Source: Eledone cirrhosa (Eukaryota). From it: a stretch of 64,000 nt of DNA. Below the pieces are notes generated by a model that did not search any database, had not been told where the DNA came from, and worked only from the letters and a program-made list of their open reading frames with translations. The DNA lies in contig OZ024743.1 of the NCBI GenBank assembly GCA_964016885.1, forward strand, positions 273,730,001 to 273,794,000, written 5' to 3'. This document shows, piece after piece, positions 42,318-55,629 of this stretch (its first letter is position 1; the number at the start of each line of letters is the position of its first letter). The position numbers and the translations under genes are program-made.

Positions 42318-42384
42318 ACATCAGTTTGACAAGCGCACCTCAGCGTGAAAGGTCGTTCTAAAAACGAAACAATACCTCCTATGT
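42318..42384 (+). ncRNA. HHR variant with UUGACAA core in the pLTR of PLE A (mirror copy 37394-37460, minus strand)
   Basis: acatcag-t-TTGACAA-gcgc acctca gcgt-GAAA-ggt...acc-TC-ctatgt. Confidence 0.55.
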
Positions 42385-42552
42385 TAACCAAGACCTCCTA
42401 AGACCTAACCAACAACCAACAACTTAATTTATAAAATAATTATTTTTAAGGAAAAAAATTTATTGTAATCCGGAAAAAAATTCTTTTTGGATTTTGTGAA
42501 GAAAATAAATTTGTTGAAAGCACAAGTGAAGCAATTTCCCCCCCCCCCTGTC

Positions 42553-42661
<109 letters not shown>

Positions 42662-42719
42662 AAACACATATATTGCCACTGGATAGAACTACTTCAACCA
42701 CATACCATATGTACTCATG

Positions 42720-43473
42720 TGAAATCGTGTGTCGAAACAAATATTGTTATACTTGGAGAGGGTCATATTGTTGTAATAATATTGCCAGAATTAATAACAG
42801 AACACACTCATTGCATTTTGGTTTTCGCTTCTGTATCTTTTATATCAGTTAATTTATTCAGTACTCAATGTTTACCATTGACTGACCAACGGTCAAAAAT
42901 ACAGATAGACACAAACATATATATATAATCTAACAAAGTTCTTTCCTTGCACATTTGCAACATATTCAGTGGTGGTATTATGTTTCCTCCTGTTGTATTG
43001 TATATCTACGCCATCTTTATTTAATCTGTTTATTTATTTATTTATTTTTGTCTTCTTCTTTGGGCATGCGTTTGCGTGTGTGTATAGTGTTTGATGTGTG
43101 TTCCCGTTTGGGTGACTGTGTTTTGGTTATATCATTCTATCATGCGCAGAGAAGAAGACAAAAATAAATAAACAAATAAACAGATTAAATAAAGATGGCG
43201 TAGACATACAATACAACAAGAGGAAACATAATAGCACCACTGACGATGTTGCAGAAGTGCAACGAAAGAACTTTGTTAGACTATATATATGTGTTTGTGT
43301 CTATATTATGTCTGTATTTTTGAGCGTTGACCAGTCAATGGTAAACATTGAGGACCGAATAAATTAACTGATATAACGGATACAGAAGCGAAAACCAACC
43401 AAGCAGTGAGTGTGTTCTGTTATTAATTCTGGCAATATTATTACAACAATATGACCCTCCCCAAGTATAACAT
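42720..43473. mobile_element. ~750-bp fold-back element: two ~330-bp head-to-head arms, each with an HHR-like motif
   Basis: 42741-43068 pairs with 43141-43473; right arm CTGACGA-t-gttgca gaag tgcaac-GAAA-gaac-TT; left arm core CTGAATA. Confidence 0.88.
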
Positions 43474-44371
43474 TATATATATATATGTTGTTATATATGT
43501 ACTATATATATATACATATATGTACTATATATATATATATACATGTATATATATATATATATATACAGCACATGCACATAAGTGTTATATATATATATAA
43601 ACATAGACATATTTATATATATATATAGACATATAGAAACATATATATATACATATACACACACACATATGTATGCATGTATGTATGTATATATTTGTGT
43701 GTGTGTGTGTGTGTGTATGTGTGTGTGTGTGTGTGCGAGATACTCATTGCAGTTCTGCAATTATGTAAAATACAACAGAATTTCTTATTTAAAGTTCACG
43801 CAGGAAAAATTTGAATGGTATGGCACACAATGGTTTACTAATAGAAAATAATAAAGGAAGGCTATTGGCTGGCTAGATATGACCGTTATTCGTTTTCTAT
43901 TATTGATTTGAAAATAACGTAATAACGACATAATACATTTTGGAGAAAGATATATAGGTATGACAAACACAATATTTATGCATGGGTACCGTGGGTTGTA
44001 TGGTAGGCTATTTGTTCATTTGCTTTTTACAGACAGGAGTTAATAGTGCGTTGAATTTAAAGTATCAACTAATGCATTGACCATACTTAGGCTGAAGTCG
44101 ACCGGTATCAATAATTTTACAAAATTTCCCACTGGAGTTTCAAGTAACGTAAGATATCTAGACCTACGGAGTTATATAAATCAACTCTCATTGTAGTGAA
44201 TCATCTACGACGAATTTCCAAAATATACATTTCAGTGACTTCAGAATATTCAACCACATCGAACGGGTGCATAAAGACGTCAAACAATTCGTCCTAGTTT
44301 TTTTTATCACACGGGGATTGTTATTATAGAATGTGCATACATATAAATGTGTGTGGAGCATGTATGTAAGC

Positions 44372-44486
<115 letters not shown>

Positions 44487-44501
44487 GAGAGAGAGATTGA
44501 G

Positions 44502-44689
44502 AGGTAGTACACTGGAAGGTAATATCCGTAGTGGTAGAGCACTCAGTCCATGGGACGAGTTGGGCAGAAATGGTTACACAACAGTTATTTCACCATACCG
44601 AGAAACAATTGTTTCACCTTAGCTGAGGGTCCGCTAAGGTGTAACAATTGTTCTCGATATGGTGAACTAACTGTTGTGTAACCACTTCT
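44502..44689 (-). mobile_element. Second copy of the 6785-6948 family, again folded back at the same hairpin
   Basis: Arms 44566-44622 / 44634-44689; loop ctgagggtccg (reverse complement cggaccctcag, cf. cagatcct). Confidence 0.8.
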
Positions 44690-44766
44690 ATATATATATT
44701 TATATATATATATGTATATAAGTATGTGTGTATATATATATATATACTGTACACACACACACAATT

Positions 44767-44799
<33 letters not shown>

Positions 44800-44907
44800 A
44801 TAATGTGTACGTGTGTGTAGGTTTATATGTGTATCTGTGCACACGTGTGTATTTGTATGTTTATATATGCGTGTGTGTATGCTTTTATCTCCCTCTAGTA
44901 TTTCTCT

Positions 44908-45016
44908 TAATCCCGCTGAGGTTAACTTTACCTTTCATCCTTTCGGGGTCGATAAAATAAAGTACCAGTAATGTACTGGTTAATTGCTGGCCTTGTGCCA
45001 AAAGTAGAAACAATTA
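44908..45016 (+). mobile_element. SINE 3' half
   Basis: Matches SINE consensus. Confidence 0.9.
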
Positions 45017-45145
45017 TACTTTCTATCCACAAAGGTTTTTCAATTTCTCATCCCTCTAGTCATTGTCTTTTTTACTTATACGTTCGGTTGTCTTCCTTCC
45101 TCTCACCCACCTATTCACTCATTCCTTATTCTTGACTGTTATATT

Positions 45146-45192
<47 letters not shown>

Positions 45193-47442
45193 ATCTGTCT
45201 CTCTCTATATATATATCACTCTCTTTCTCACTCCGGTTTTGATTCCCTTTAACTGCAGTTGACATTTCTTCTCTCGGTGAAGATGTGTTTTCTTTGTTTT
45301 GTTTCGTTTTTTTTTTTGGTGTTCTCTCTTTGAAACAGTAAACATTTTATCATCCCTTGCAGCACAAAATTTATTCTACTCCTTAAAAATGTTATCATAT
45401 TTTTGAAATACAAGGACAGTACTTGTTTCTTCACATTCTGTCAGATTCTATTATTTTTACACGAATGTACAACACACATATTCAAATATGCTGATTAATA
45501 CCTCAGATACCCCACACGTAATATATTTAAAATTACTCAAGAAAGGAACAGTAGTATCAGATTTTTAGGTGAACGAAACAAATAGTTTTATTCACCTACA
45601 AATTGTTTTATTCCACATTTTCAATATTTCAGAAAATTAACACTCGAATACAAAACGCTATCTGGCTATATTGATTCCAATTACCAGAAATCGACATAGT
45701 TTTTGAATATAAATTTATAAATTAAATTTTCCGCTTATCTAAACACCAAATATATTCAATATTTAGATATTATCAGAAGTAATTATTCAAATATATAGAT
45801 ATTCAATTATTTGTTTTCTTGTGCGCTTTAATTACCGATTGATTTATTTAATTTTTATTCCTTAGGCAACGCCTTTCATTATTGATGTAAGTTTTCATCC
45901 TCAATAGCCATTTACCATCATCAGCCCTAACACCACCACCACCACCACCACCACCATCGCACCTCCATCACCACAAAAAATTCGCGTTGCGAATATTGAC
46001 TTGATGGCCTGAAAATAAATTTTAAGATATTCCATTTCAAAAATAATTCATTCTGATTTTAAAATTACAATAAGTTGTTTAAAGGAAATTATTGGACAAC
46101 ACATTTTTATATATATCTGTTTCTGTTTTGTTTTGTTTTTTTGTAATTGTAGATCATAACATTTTATTCATATTCAATTGAAATGGATGGTTAAAAATGG
46201 GGAAATGAAGAAACACACATTTTAAATCAAATAAGTGGAACGTCTACATACTTTATTAAGCGGTGTGTCTCAACTGTGCCACGCTAGCCATTGCATTAGC
46301 CATTCCACCATCGGGCACCTTGTCCAGGAGAGGTGCCTCTTCCCATTTTGGTGGAGGAAACTGGTAGTCTAGGAAACGTGGACACCGGAGAAGGCAATGG
46401 CATCCGACAGAAAAACGAAACGATGACCGAATAACTCGTCTATTCCATTTATACAAACATATAATTTTGCTGAAATTATTTGACGATTAATATTTATGTA
46501 GTTAATAGAGATTAGCCTTCTGGCTAATTCGGGTTTCTACGAAGATGTCTTTTAGACAGTTTTGTTTTTGAAAATGTGTCTTCTTACCAATATGAATCCC
46601 GATTATTAACTTAAAGCCAGCATCAGTTCGAATAATGGGTTTGCGATGAATATGCTCATCTCAATAATTTATATCCAGCTTGCATTGATGAGGGTGGGTT
46701 TTCATCATTGTTTGACTAGCCAACCTCCAAAAATAATCCTTCAGGCAGTAGGTTGCAATATTGACGCTTCCAGAGAATGTTCATATTCTTTAACACATAA
46801 TCTCCACATATAATTTTCCCTTTATCCGGGCAGTCACCCAACCAAACCCAATTTAAACCTAACCACACCAATAAGAGAATGACGGTGTTTGGATACCTGG
46901 TGATGGGGTGTCTTTTTATATCCGTTTCGGTATTTCTCTCATGCATCACTTTCATATCTTTGATAAAGCTGTGCCTATACAGACTTATGCATATACATAC
47001 ACATACGCCGGCGCGTGCGTCGGTGAGTCATAATCAATTACATATACTAGCAGAAAAACCACCCTTCGGGTGGTTTTCTGCTTGCATATGTAGTGTGTAT
47101 ATTGAAATTTTCGCAGGTATAATATACATGTAGATATGATACATCAAATAAAATCGTAATTGACAATATATAATACATAGAAATTGAACGAAGACTGCGT
47201 TACACTGTCTTAATTAATCAGTAACGTAATCCATGATGCATTAAAAAAGACGATAATATATATAAACTACAATAGGAGAAAATTAGTGACAGACAATTAA
47301 TATGTTTATTTAAGCGATGGCCAACCGGAAGAGTTGACATTTCAGAAATTTTAAAGAAGTGAATCTTTAAATAAACAAAATATATTTAATCAACAGCCAC
47401 GAAATTTAGTACATAAAGTATATAATATTCATTCATTATTTA

Positions 47443-47575
47443 TTCAAATCCCGCCGAGGTGTCAAATCCCGCCGAGGTGGACTTTGCCTTTCATCCTTAC
47501 TGGGTCGATAAAATAAAGTACCAGTAATGCACTGGATATTTGCTGGCATCGTGCCTAAAGTAGAAACAATTATTT
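47443..47575 (+). mobile_element. SINE 3' half with internal duplication of tcaaatcccgccgaggtg
   Basis: Matches SINE consensus. Confidence 0.9.
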
Positions 47576-50500
47576 ATTTAAAGTAATCCAACTTATTTTA
47601 CTAATGGGATAAAAAATTATTAACGGTACGCAGTCCCGCACTCCTTACTTTATTATAGTTGAGATGGTTCATAAATGCTGTTTTTGCTTTTTGGACCCAG
47701 TTCATCTTTAATTAACCTGGAATGAGAAACCATACAGCCACGATCACCTGATCTTTGTTTAAAAGTAAATATCACCATCTGATCTGGGTTTTTAAAATTG
47801 CTATGATTAACGGGAGACTGGGTAGATTATTTTAACCTGTCAAGCAACCGCATAGAGTCACTTGCTTGACTGTGTTCAACAGAAATGGTAAAACCATTAT
47901 GGTGGTGTCATAATGAAAATATCTGTAATGCTTCCGTGATATGTTTTGGTACGAGCTGAGGTTGTACGTATACACCTATCAACTGCTTATATACTATGTG
48001 TTTAACGGAACAGGATATCATTGAATCTGTAAAATTGCCGCTCTACGCGGGACAAATAAAAAGTACCCTGGAAAGACTTCTCTTTTCGTTCCCTTATTTG
48101 TGTTTGTAAATATCTATTTAACATTATATTTATTATAATTGTTGTTGTTGGTGATATAGCTCGTGTAATGTGTAACCATTTGATCTTTCATATATTTATC
48201 AGTTCTTATTTTTACGGAAATCCTTATAAATTGATGATGCATTTTCCGTTTCTTTCTTTATGATTAATATTCAGTTGTTTCATACATATTGGCGAAGTAA
48301 TGCAATGAGATAACGTATTGATCAGATTTAATAGCTATATATAATCATATATAAGGAACCTGTACTTCTGCATGTGTTTCTACTGTTATAAAGCAATGTT
48401 AAGTTAACAACTGATATATTTTATGCAGTTGCCATGTTATTCATTAATACAATTAATAGTATTAACGTAATATGCGATTGTTCACAAGTTAGTTTAGTCA
48501 ACATTCGTAATTCTAACTGATTATACTCTGTTCGATCTTGTGTCTGTGTGGGGAATATTATGCACTTACATGATACTCTCTTTTGAGCTGGCATGAGGGA
48601 ATTAGCAGTATTTAAATATACAAATGTCTTTAATAAGATCATTTATTACTTACACCATATTCATTTTCCTCAACTGAGAATCAAAGCCGGATCATGGGAA
48701 TGAGCAATGTTTATCCACTGCTTATTCTCATCCTTCCGCTGTATCAGTGTAATTGTTAAATGTAATACTAAAATTAAGGGTGTAACAATTTAAGATGCTT
48801 AACAGGAAACACATTCCTTGACGGCCAGGATACATTTCTGTCAAGCATAATTAATTAGTCGTTTGTCAATTTCAGAAAATCTGTTAATCATTGGGAGGTT
48901 ACACCTTCAAACCTAACAATTAATATGCAATCTATATTAAAATAGCTGATAAGTATATTATCAATTAAAGTCATTGATTAGGCATTTACGATAAAATTTT
49001 AAATTAGAATTTACTGCTTATCTAATTGTCTTGTTAAATCATTCAATCAAGCAGATAAATCATGAATAATCATATACATCATATTTGATCTTCCATTGCT
49101 TAACTTTTCATATACCTTCGCCATTAGGTAATTAGCTCAATTTATTTATGGCGGTTACTCCGTATTGCATTTAGAGTAAAAGTAGACTTCATCAATTCCA
49201 CAAAATAAACCAATTATGTGGCAGAAGTGCTCTATAAACTAATAAACAGTCACGCTTCATGGGGACACATCCTTTACATCATGTGGACGGAAACATTGTT
49301 TATTGACTTTTACACTAAATACACTGCATGTGACTAGAGTTACCAAATATCAAAGTGTCATTTGACAAACCCTGAAACCAGCTGCTTTTGAAATAGAGTT
49401 AAACTTCCTCAATAATTAAGAAGACATATCTAAAGAATAGTTATGTAATTATACTTGGTGATGTTCTCACAATTTAAATGCTTTTCTAGATAGAAGAGAC
49501 AGATAAATACACATTAGATATCGAAATTTAAATTTATATGTAGCTAATTAGGATATCTAAGTGTGCAGTTAAACGATAATTACATGTCTCATATAGTTGA
49601 GTGAGAGATTTTCTGAAAGCCAGGTAAGTGGATAAATCGTTAATAATATTATTATAGTCAATTGTTGTACTTCAGATAACTTGCTTAAATATATCAGTTT
49701 ACTAACATGTAAATGTTAATGGTTATACAACGGCAACATTTAAACGCAGGTGTTAACTAAATCATCCAATATTGATGTAATATTGTATACTCTAACACTT
49801 TACAAGAACCTGAAATGAAATTAATTAATGTAATGCATTGGAAACGACATTTACAACCCGCATAAGGGAATATTATTCACACTCCACTCTTTAGAAAGCT
49901 ATAAACACCTGTGAAATATATAGTAAATTGCATTCATTTCACATGTGCCGGACAACAATGACGAAAAAGAGAACGTTGCAGATATATATTTTTAAATGAA
50001 TATCACACGATATGCTTTAGAAAATGATTGCGTGAGAGATTTAAATGTACTTTCAACGCTGTTGATATTGTGATTATATTATGGAGAAACAATATACACA
50101 GTAGATGGAGATTGTTTCTAAATTTGAAGTATGAAACCCTTTAAACGATTTTCTTCATACATGTACTATCTACGGCAATCAACAGATAATTGTTCTTGCT
50201 TCTTATGAGCCTGTATTTCACCATTTATCGCAAATAAATGTTCCTGGTACTCTAAGGGTTTGTCGAGCTTACTTTAAAAATCTCACCTCATATCGCTCGT
50301 TATCTATTTACTTCCGTTTCCCTCCATTGGCATTTCCTTTTCGTATATCGATGACAAGGTAGTATTTGTAATGTATTTAGTTAGAAAATAGCATTATTAT
50401 AATATAAAGATAAAATGACAATGGAACAATACAGAAAGTATTCCACCCAACATATTTTGTAAACCGTAAATTAAAACTTGATAGATGTACGATGTAGTCA

Positions 50501-50929
50501 GGAAATTTATTGAAAACAAAAAATACGATTTTGGGGCAACAAATAATCCATATTATTTTTAGTCTATTAACGTACTGTCAATAAACACTGGCCAGCTCAT
50601 CACTAGTTTGTGTGTGTGTGCACACAGGTTCAATCTATCTCAGCTTGAGAGATTCTATCTAAACATCAGTTACAGCTGACATGAGGAAATGGTTTTGTTC
50701 GTTTTCACAACACGAGTATCCAAAGTTAGATTCCTTGTGTGCGGGGTTACTGCCTTGTAAGTTCCTGTACGTAGATATCTGTTTGTTCGACCCCCATTGC
50801 TTCCGACAAGTGTTCTTGTTGTCGTACAAAGAAACCGACTGCTAATAAAAATAACGTGTAAGGGGATTGGCATTCAAGATACACCTATACATTTAACTTA
50901 GTTCTCATGAGGATTCAGCATGAGACAGT

Positions 50930-51075
50930 AACAAAGATGGCCCATTAAATTGCACGTACAACTCACTTTTGCCATGTTTCTTGCTCAAGAACCAAACAAA
51001 ATCCCTGGAATCAAACTCACAACCTTAAGATCACGAACCAGACATCCTAACCACTTAGTCATGTGTCCTCGCAGT
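50930..51075 (-). mobile_element. Degenerate tRNA-derived SINE head
   Basis: Minus strand gaggacacatgactaagtggttaggatgtctgg...gagtttgattcc...ttcttgagcaagaaac resembles 55630-55893. Confidence 0.55.
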
Positions 51076-51352
51076 ATATACCCATGCCCGCAGTGTTTGT
51101 ATAATGTTTGCTTTCCATAAGTACGCGATGAAGTATGAAAACCCAGAGGCAGTACTACTAGTCAATATTTCAGGTGAAAGATTGATACATGTGTTTGTTA
51201 ATAAGTTCAAGAAATAATTTCTTGTGTTATTAGTTTTTTCTTTACAGATAAAATCATAACTACTTAGGGAATAAAATATTTCCTTATCGTGAACCCTTAC
51301 TGCTAAATATTAACAAAATATGTGACTTGATTTGAACTAGAAATCATTATTT

Positions 51353-51470
51353 CTGAGTTCAAATCCCGCCGAGGTTAACTTTGCCTTTCATACTTACGGG
51401 GTCGATAAAATAAAGTACCAGTAATACACTGGGTGTTTGCTGGCCTTGTGCCAAAAGTAAAAACAATTAT
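51353..51470 (+). mobile_element. SINE 3' half
   Basis: Matches SINE consensus. Confidence 0.9.
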
Positions 51471-52064
51471 TTCTAAACATATACAGTGGGCGCGCTGACG
51501 TGTATAAATATAGATATTAATAGGGAAAATATATGGTTTTTCTCTAAGGAAGATAAGTTCTATGAGTTATAGATCTTACTAAATAAGACACGTATCTCTT
51601 CATGACCACAATTGCACACTTGTCATACGACATCTCTCTATATATAAGTGTATATTAATTAAAATATTTGGTGTTAGAGTAATCTTGACGCAGTTCATGT
51701 AAATGTATATTATCTGAAATTTTGGCGCAAATGTGATATTATTTCATTTTATATAAATACGTGTACTGCTGTATTGGCAGTAGTATGATATTGGTTCTGC
51801 TTATGTAAAATATATTAACTGATGCATTGGCGGCAGTCTGATATAAATTGTATAAAACTGATCTATTTATGTTCCTCTCTCCATTTTGAATGTGAATGGT
51901 TGCACGGGATAAGATATATTTGAACACGGGCCGCCAACAGACGTAATCATCGAAAAACTGCATGCCTGGTCAATATGTAAAGAAAATAAACCGAGTACTC
52001 TGATGGCTGGATAATCTTTAAGACTTTCCTCGATGAAGCAGGAAAAATGCAGGTTTTTACCTTA

Positions 52065-52468
52065 TGCGAGCCTTAGGGGATCAAGAAAAGGAATTTTTTA
52101 TGTGCATAATATGCCTTAAAATTTCGGGAAAATCGGCTAGATGTAACGTCAAAAAAGCCATGAAAACCTGAAAAAATGAACTTTTTCACCTAGGCCATAA
52201 AAAAGTTGGATTTCTTTGCTCACGGTATGAAAAAGAGACTGACTAATACATAGTTACAATTTCAAGAAAATCGGTCTGACGTATCGCCTCAAAAACCCCT
52301 AAAAGGCTGAAAAAACGCAGTTTTCCACCTAATGTTGGCTCTATGGGATCAAAAAGTTGAATTTTCTATGTGCGTAACACTCCCTGAAACATAAGTAATA
52401 CACTTGTAAAGTTTGAAAAAAGTCGGTTGGGTACTTCTCGAGTTTTAGGGATTGAAACTCACAGACAC

Positions 52469-52535
<67 letters not shown>

Positions 52536-53025
52536 TCCTCATGGACGTGACGTAATGCAGATAGCTAGACATACAGACATATATTATAAGGGCGCGACTG
52601 GCAGTATCGGTAGAGGGTCGGACGCCCTGCTTTCCAGCATAGTTACGTCCCCTTACGATCTGAGTTCAAATCCCGCCGAGGTTGACTTTGCCTTTCATCC
52701 TTACGGGGTCGATAAAATAAAGTACCAGTAATGCACTGGGTAATTGCTGGCCTTGTGCCTAAAGTAGAAACAATTATAAGGGCGCGACGTTATATGTATG
52801 TATCTATCTAAAAAGAGAAAGACTAACAATTATAGAGAGAGATCGCTAAATCGAATAATGCGGTCCCTAGGGCATTGAAAATTTGATATTTCTTTTGCTC
52901 AGAACACTCCCTGAAACATAAGTATTACATGTGTAAAGCTTGAAAACAGTCGGCTGGGTGCTTCTCGAGTTTTAGGGATTCAAACTCACACACACACACA
53001 GACATCCGCAGTTTTATATATATAG
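52065..53025 (+). mobile_element. Helitron/DINE-like non-autonomous element pieces (52065-52540; 52862-53025)
   Basis: Two copies of aacactccctgaaacataagt...aaagtttgaaaa..gtcgg.tgggt.cttctcgagttttagggatt.aaactcaca(ca)n-gacatcc; the second ends ttttatatatataga, a typical DINE/HINE-like terminus. Confidence 0.5.
52599..52776 (+). mobile_element. Near full-length tRNA-derived SINE with 16-bp flanking direct repeat
   Basis: attataagggcgcgac at 52583-52598 and 52773-52788; A-box-like tggcagtatcgg, B-box gagttcaaatcc; central ctttgcctttcatccttacggggtcgataaaataaagtacc resembles the Meta/Sauria-type conserved domain. Confidence 0.92.
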
Positions 53026-53197
53026 ACAAGGCCAGCTATTACCCAGTACATTACTGGTACTTTATTTTATCGACCCCGTGTGGATGAAAGGCAAAGTTAA
53101 CCTCGGCGGTATTTGAACTCAGACCGTAAAGGGACGTAACTCCATGCTATGAAGCATGGTGTCCGACTCTCTACAGATTCTGCCAATCCACCGCCCT
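53026..53197 (-). mobile_element. tRNA-derived SINE, inverted relative to 52599-52776
   Basis: Reverse complement of consensus. Confidence 0.9.
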
Positions 53198-53434
53198 AAT
53201 GTTTGTACGTAATGAGGGAGTGAGAGGGGAGAGAAAGAAAGGCAGAGGTGAAGTGACGAAGTGACTCTCTCCTCCTCGTCCTCCTCCTCCATCTCCCCAT
53301 TTGTTACAGCGATAGAGGGGAGGAATGTTAGTGAGTTACAAAGAGAAAGAATGAGAGTGAGAAAAACAGACAGACTAAAAGAGAGGGATAGCTGGAGAGA
53401 GAGATAGCAGCAGATACAGTACAGTAGCTAAGGG

Positions 53435-53514
53435 ATGTATATATATTTCTGTGTGTGTAATATATATATATATATATATATACACACAGAAATATATATA
53501 CATTTCTGTGTGTG

Positions 53515-53574
<60 letters not shown>

Positions 53575-53706
53575 GGAAATATATATATATTTCTGTGTGT
53601 GTGTATATATATATATATATACACACACAGAAATATATATATATATGTCTGTGTGTGTATATATATATATATATATATTACACACACAGAAATGTATATA
53701 TATTTC

Positions 53707-53769
<63 letters not shown>

Positions 53770-53875
53770 CACACACAGAAATGTATATATATTTCTGTGT
53801 GTATATATATATATTTCTGTGCGTGTATATATATATATATATTACACACACACAGAAATGTATATATGTTTCTGT
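53435..53875. repeat. Array of palindromic units atttctgtgtgtgt-(at)n-acacacagaaat
   Basis: About six such units read directly. Confidence 0.9.
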
Positions 53876-53879
53876 AGCA

Positions 53880-54170
53880 CTCCTCAATTCCCCCCTCTCT
53901 CCCTCCCGCTATCCCCCTCTTGTAGTCTGTCTCTTTCTTTCACTCTCACTTCTCTCTACGCGTGCGCAAAAAACATTCACACGCGCGCACGTGTTTTACC
54001 GTCTATTCACTCTCTCTCTCCCTCTCTCCCTCCCGCTATCCCCCTCTCGTAGTCTGTCTCTTTCTTTCACTCTCACTCACGTGCGCAAAAAACATTCGCT
54101 CGCGCGCACGTGTTTCCACTGTCGGACAGACAGACAGAGAAATTACTGGTTATATATTATAAGGAGATAA
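53880..54170 (+). mobile_element. Helitron/DINE-like fragment with internal tandem duplication
   Basis: Two ~120-bp units (ctccctcccgctatccccctct.gtagtctgtctc...gtgcgcaaaaaacattc); ends ggacagacagacaga...tatattataaggagat; partial inverted copy at 53330-53400. Confidence 0.5.
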
Positions 54171-54794
54171 TATATTCCTATAAACGCAATATGAAATAAT
54201 CTTAGAGAGAATATCTTGATCAAGAATGCTAGGTCTTCTCGATTACATTAAACTTCAGCATCAATTATTCCTCAAAAGGCTTACCGTCATCTTACATATA
54301 CGCTAAATTCACGTGTTCACAAAACATAAAAGTTGTCGAGCTTCTGTTGGGTTTCAGATATCTGTTATATGGAATTAACATGGACATATATAATATAAGT
54401 GGATGGAATAGATTAAGTGGATGGAATAGATCGGAAGGCCGCTACAGATGTTGTGTGATAGTAAGAGAGAAAAAGGGAAAGTATATGTGTATGTGTGTCC
54501 GTAAGTGTATGTGTGCGTGCAAACATAAATGTGTGTCCTTTGGTTTTGGTGATGAGTGTCCAGTTTTTATATCAACTGGGTTATGTCAAATATATTTTAC
54601 AAAAAGTATATACAATGATGGAAATATGAAAGGAAAAAGATGAAACAGAAATTAAGAAAAGAACAGAGTGGGGAAGTGTTAAGGAATGTCAGATCTGGCT
54701 GTATAGGAAAGTAGAGGAAATGACTATAAATGCCATAAATGAGAAAAAAAAAGAGAGAAAAAAGAAGGAAGAAAGGGAGAGAGAAGAATAGAGT

Positions 54795-55575
54795 GTGAAA
54801 GGTTCTGTGCCTAGGGCGTTCCACGTGGCTGTTCCACGTGGACAAGGACCAAGGGCAGTAACCACCCCACCTCAGGTAGCTCCTTCCTGAGATGGGCTGC
54901 TGACGTTCCGAATTTATGGAGGAACTCGGCAGAACGGGGTCCGAGGACACCTGTTGTTTGACGGCGGCCGGTGCGAAGAATTTAGCGGCCGGACAAGCCA
55001 CTATATTTGCTTGTCTTCTTGTGCTCTGCATTGCGGGCCGGAGTATCGGGATTTCTGGCCGAAGCGACTAAGCTGGAGGCGAAGAACGTGTCACAACGTG
55101 TGGCATCCCAGATGAGGGATCTACCTCCTTAGAATGGAAAGAGGGTAATTCGGACCGGGCGCTTGCCGTCTCTTCGGCCAAGGCCTGTTGGCTCTAGATG
55201 TGATGAGAAGCCAGCTGCATCAAGGCTCCTTCTCAATACGTCGTTGCGAAGCTGTGACGTTGGGCCACTCCGATGTGAGTGCAATCGTCGTCAAGAAGAA
55301 TACCGGTTGAGGAGGTCTCGAATTGAGTAATGCACCTCTGTTTGAGTGCGAAACGGATCGGAGGCAGGCGAGGTGGTGTTCGTCCAAGCCAGACTCGATT
55401 CACCTGAAGTAAAACCTGCACTTGATGTAGGCCCAGTATTGTTGGGCATTTCTATACTGGGGGCAGAGAGACCTTCGCCTGTCCTGGCGGCCAGAGCCTG
55501 CGCAGGTTCTGGGGCCACGTTTGGTTCCGCCATCTTGCAGAGGACCTCACTGACGAAGGTGTGACTCGAGGACAT
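54795..55575 (-). mobile_element. Degenerate Ty3/gypsy-like LTR retrotransposon relic (gag region, internally deleted)
   Basis: GC-rich island; broken frames give F.LKQRCITQ.ET, PLSILRR and RFGQKSRYSGPQC (cf. RFG.KA..C..PC gag knuckle); PPT-like gaggtggggtgg near 54862-54874. Confidence 0.5.
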
Positions 55576-55629
55576 TGAGGAGAGTATGCGTGTAGTAAGT
55601 ACATGTGTCTAAAGTGTAAAGTCGCTATT

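Noticed and set aside
42741-43473. MITE/DNA transposon interpretation of the long inverted repeats
   Set aside because: Arms carry HHR motifs and one-sided tails, and single arms occur alone elsewhere; one such family is attached to a PLE ORF, favouring PLE fold-backs
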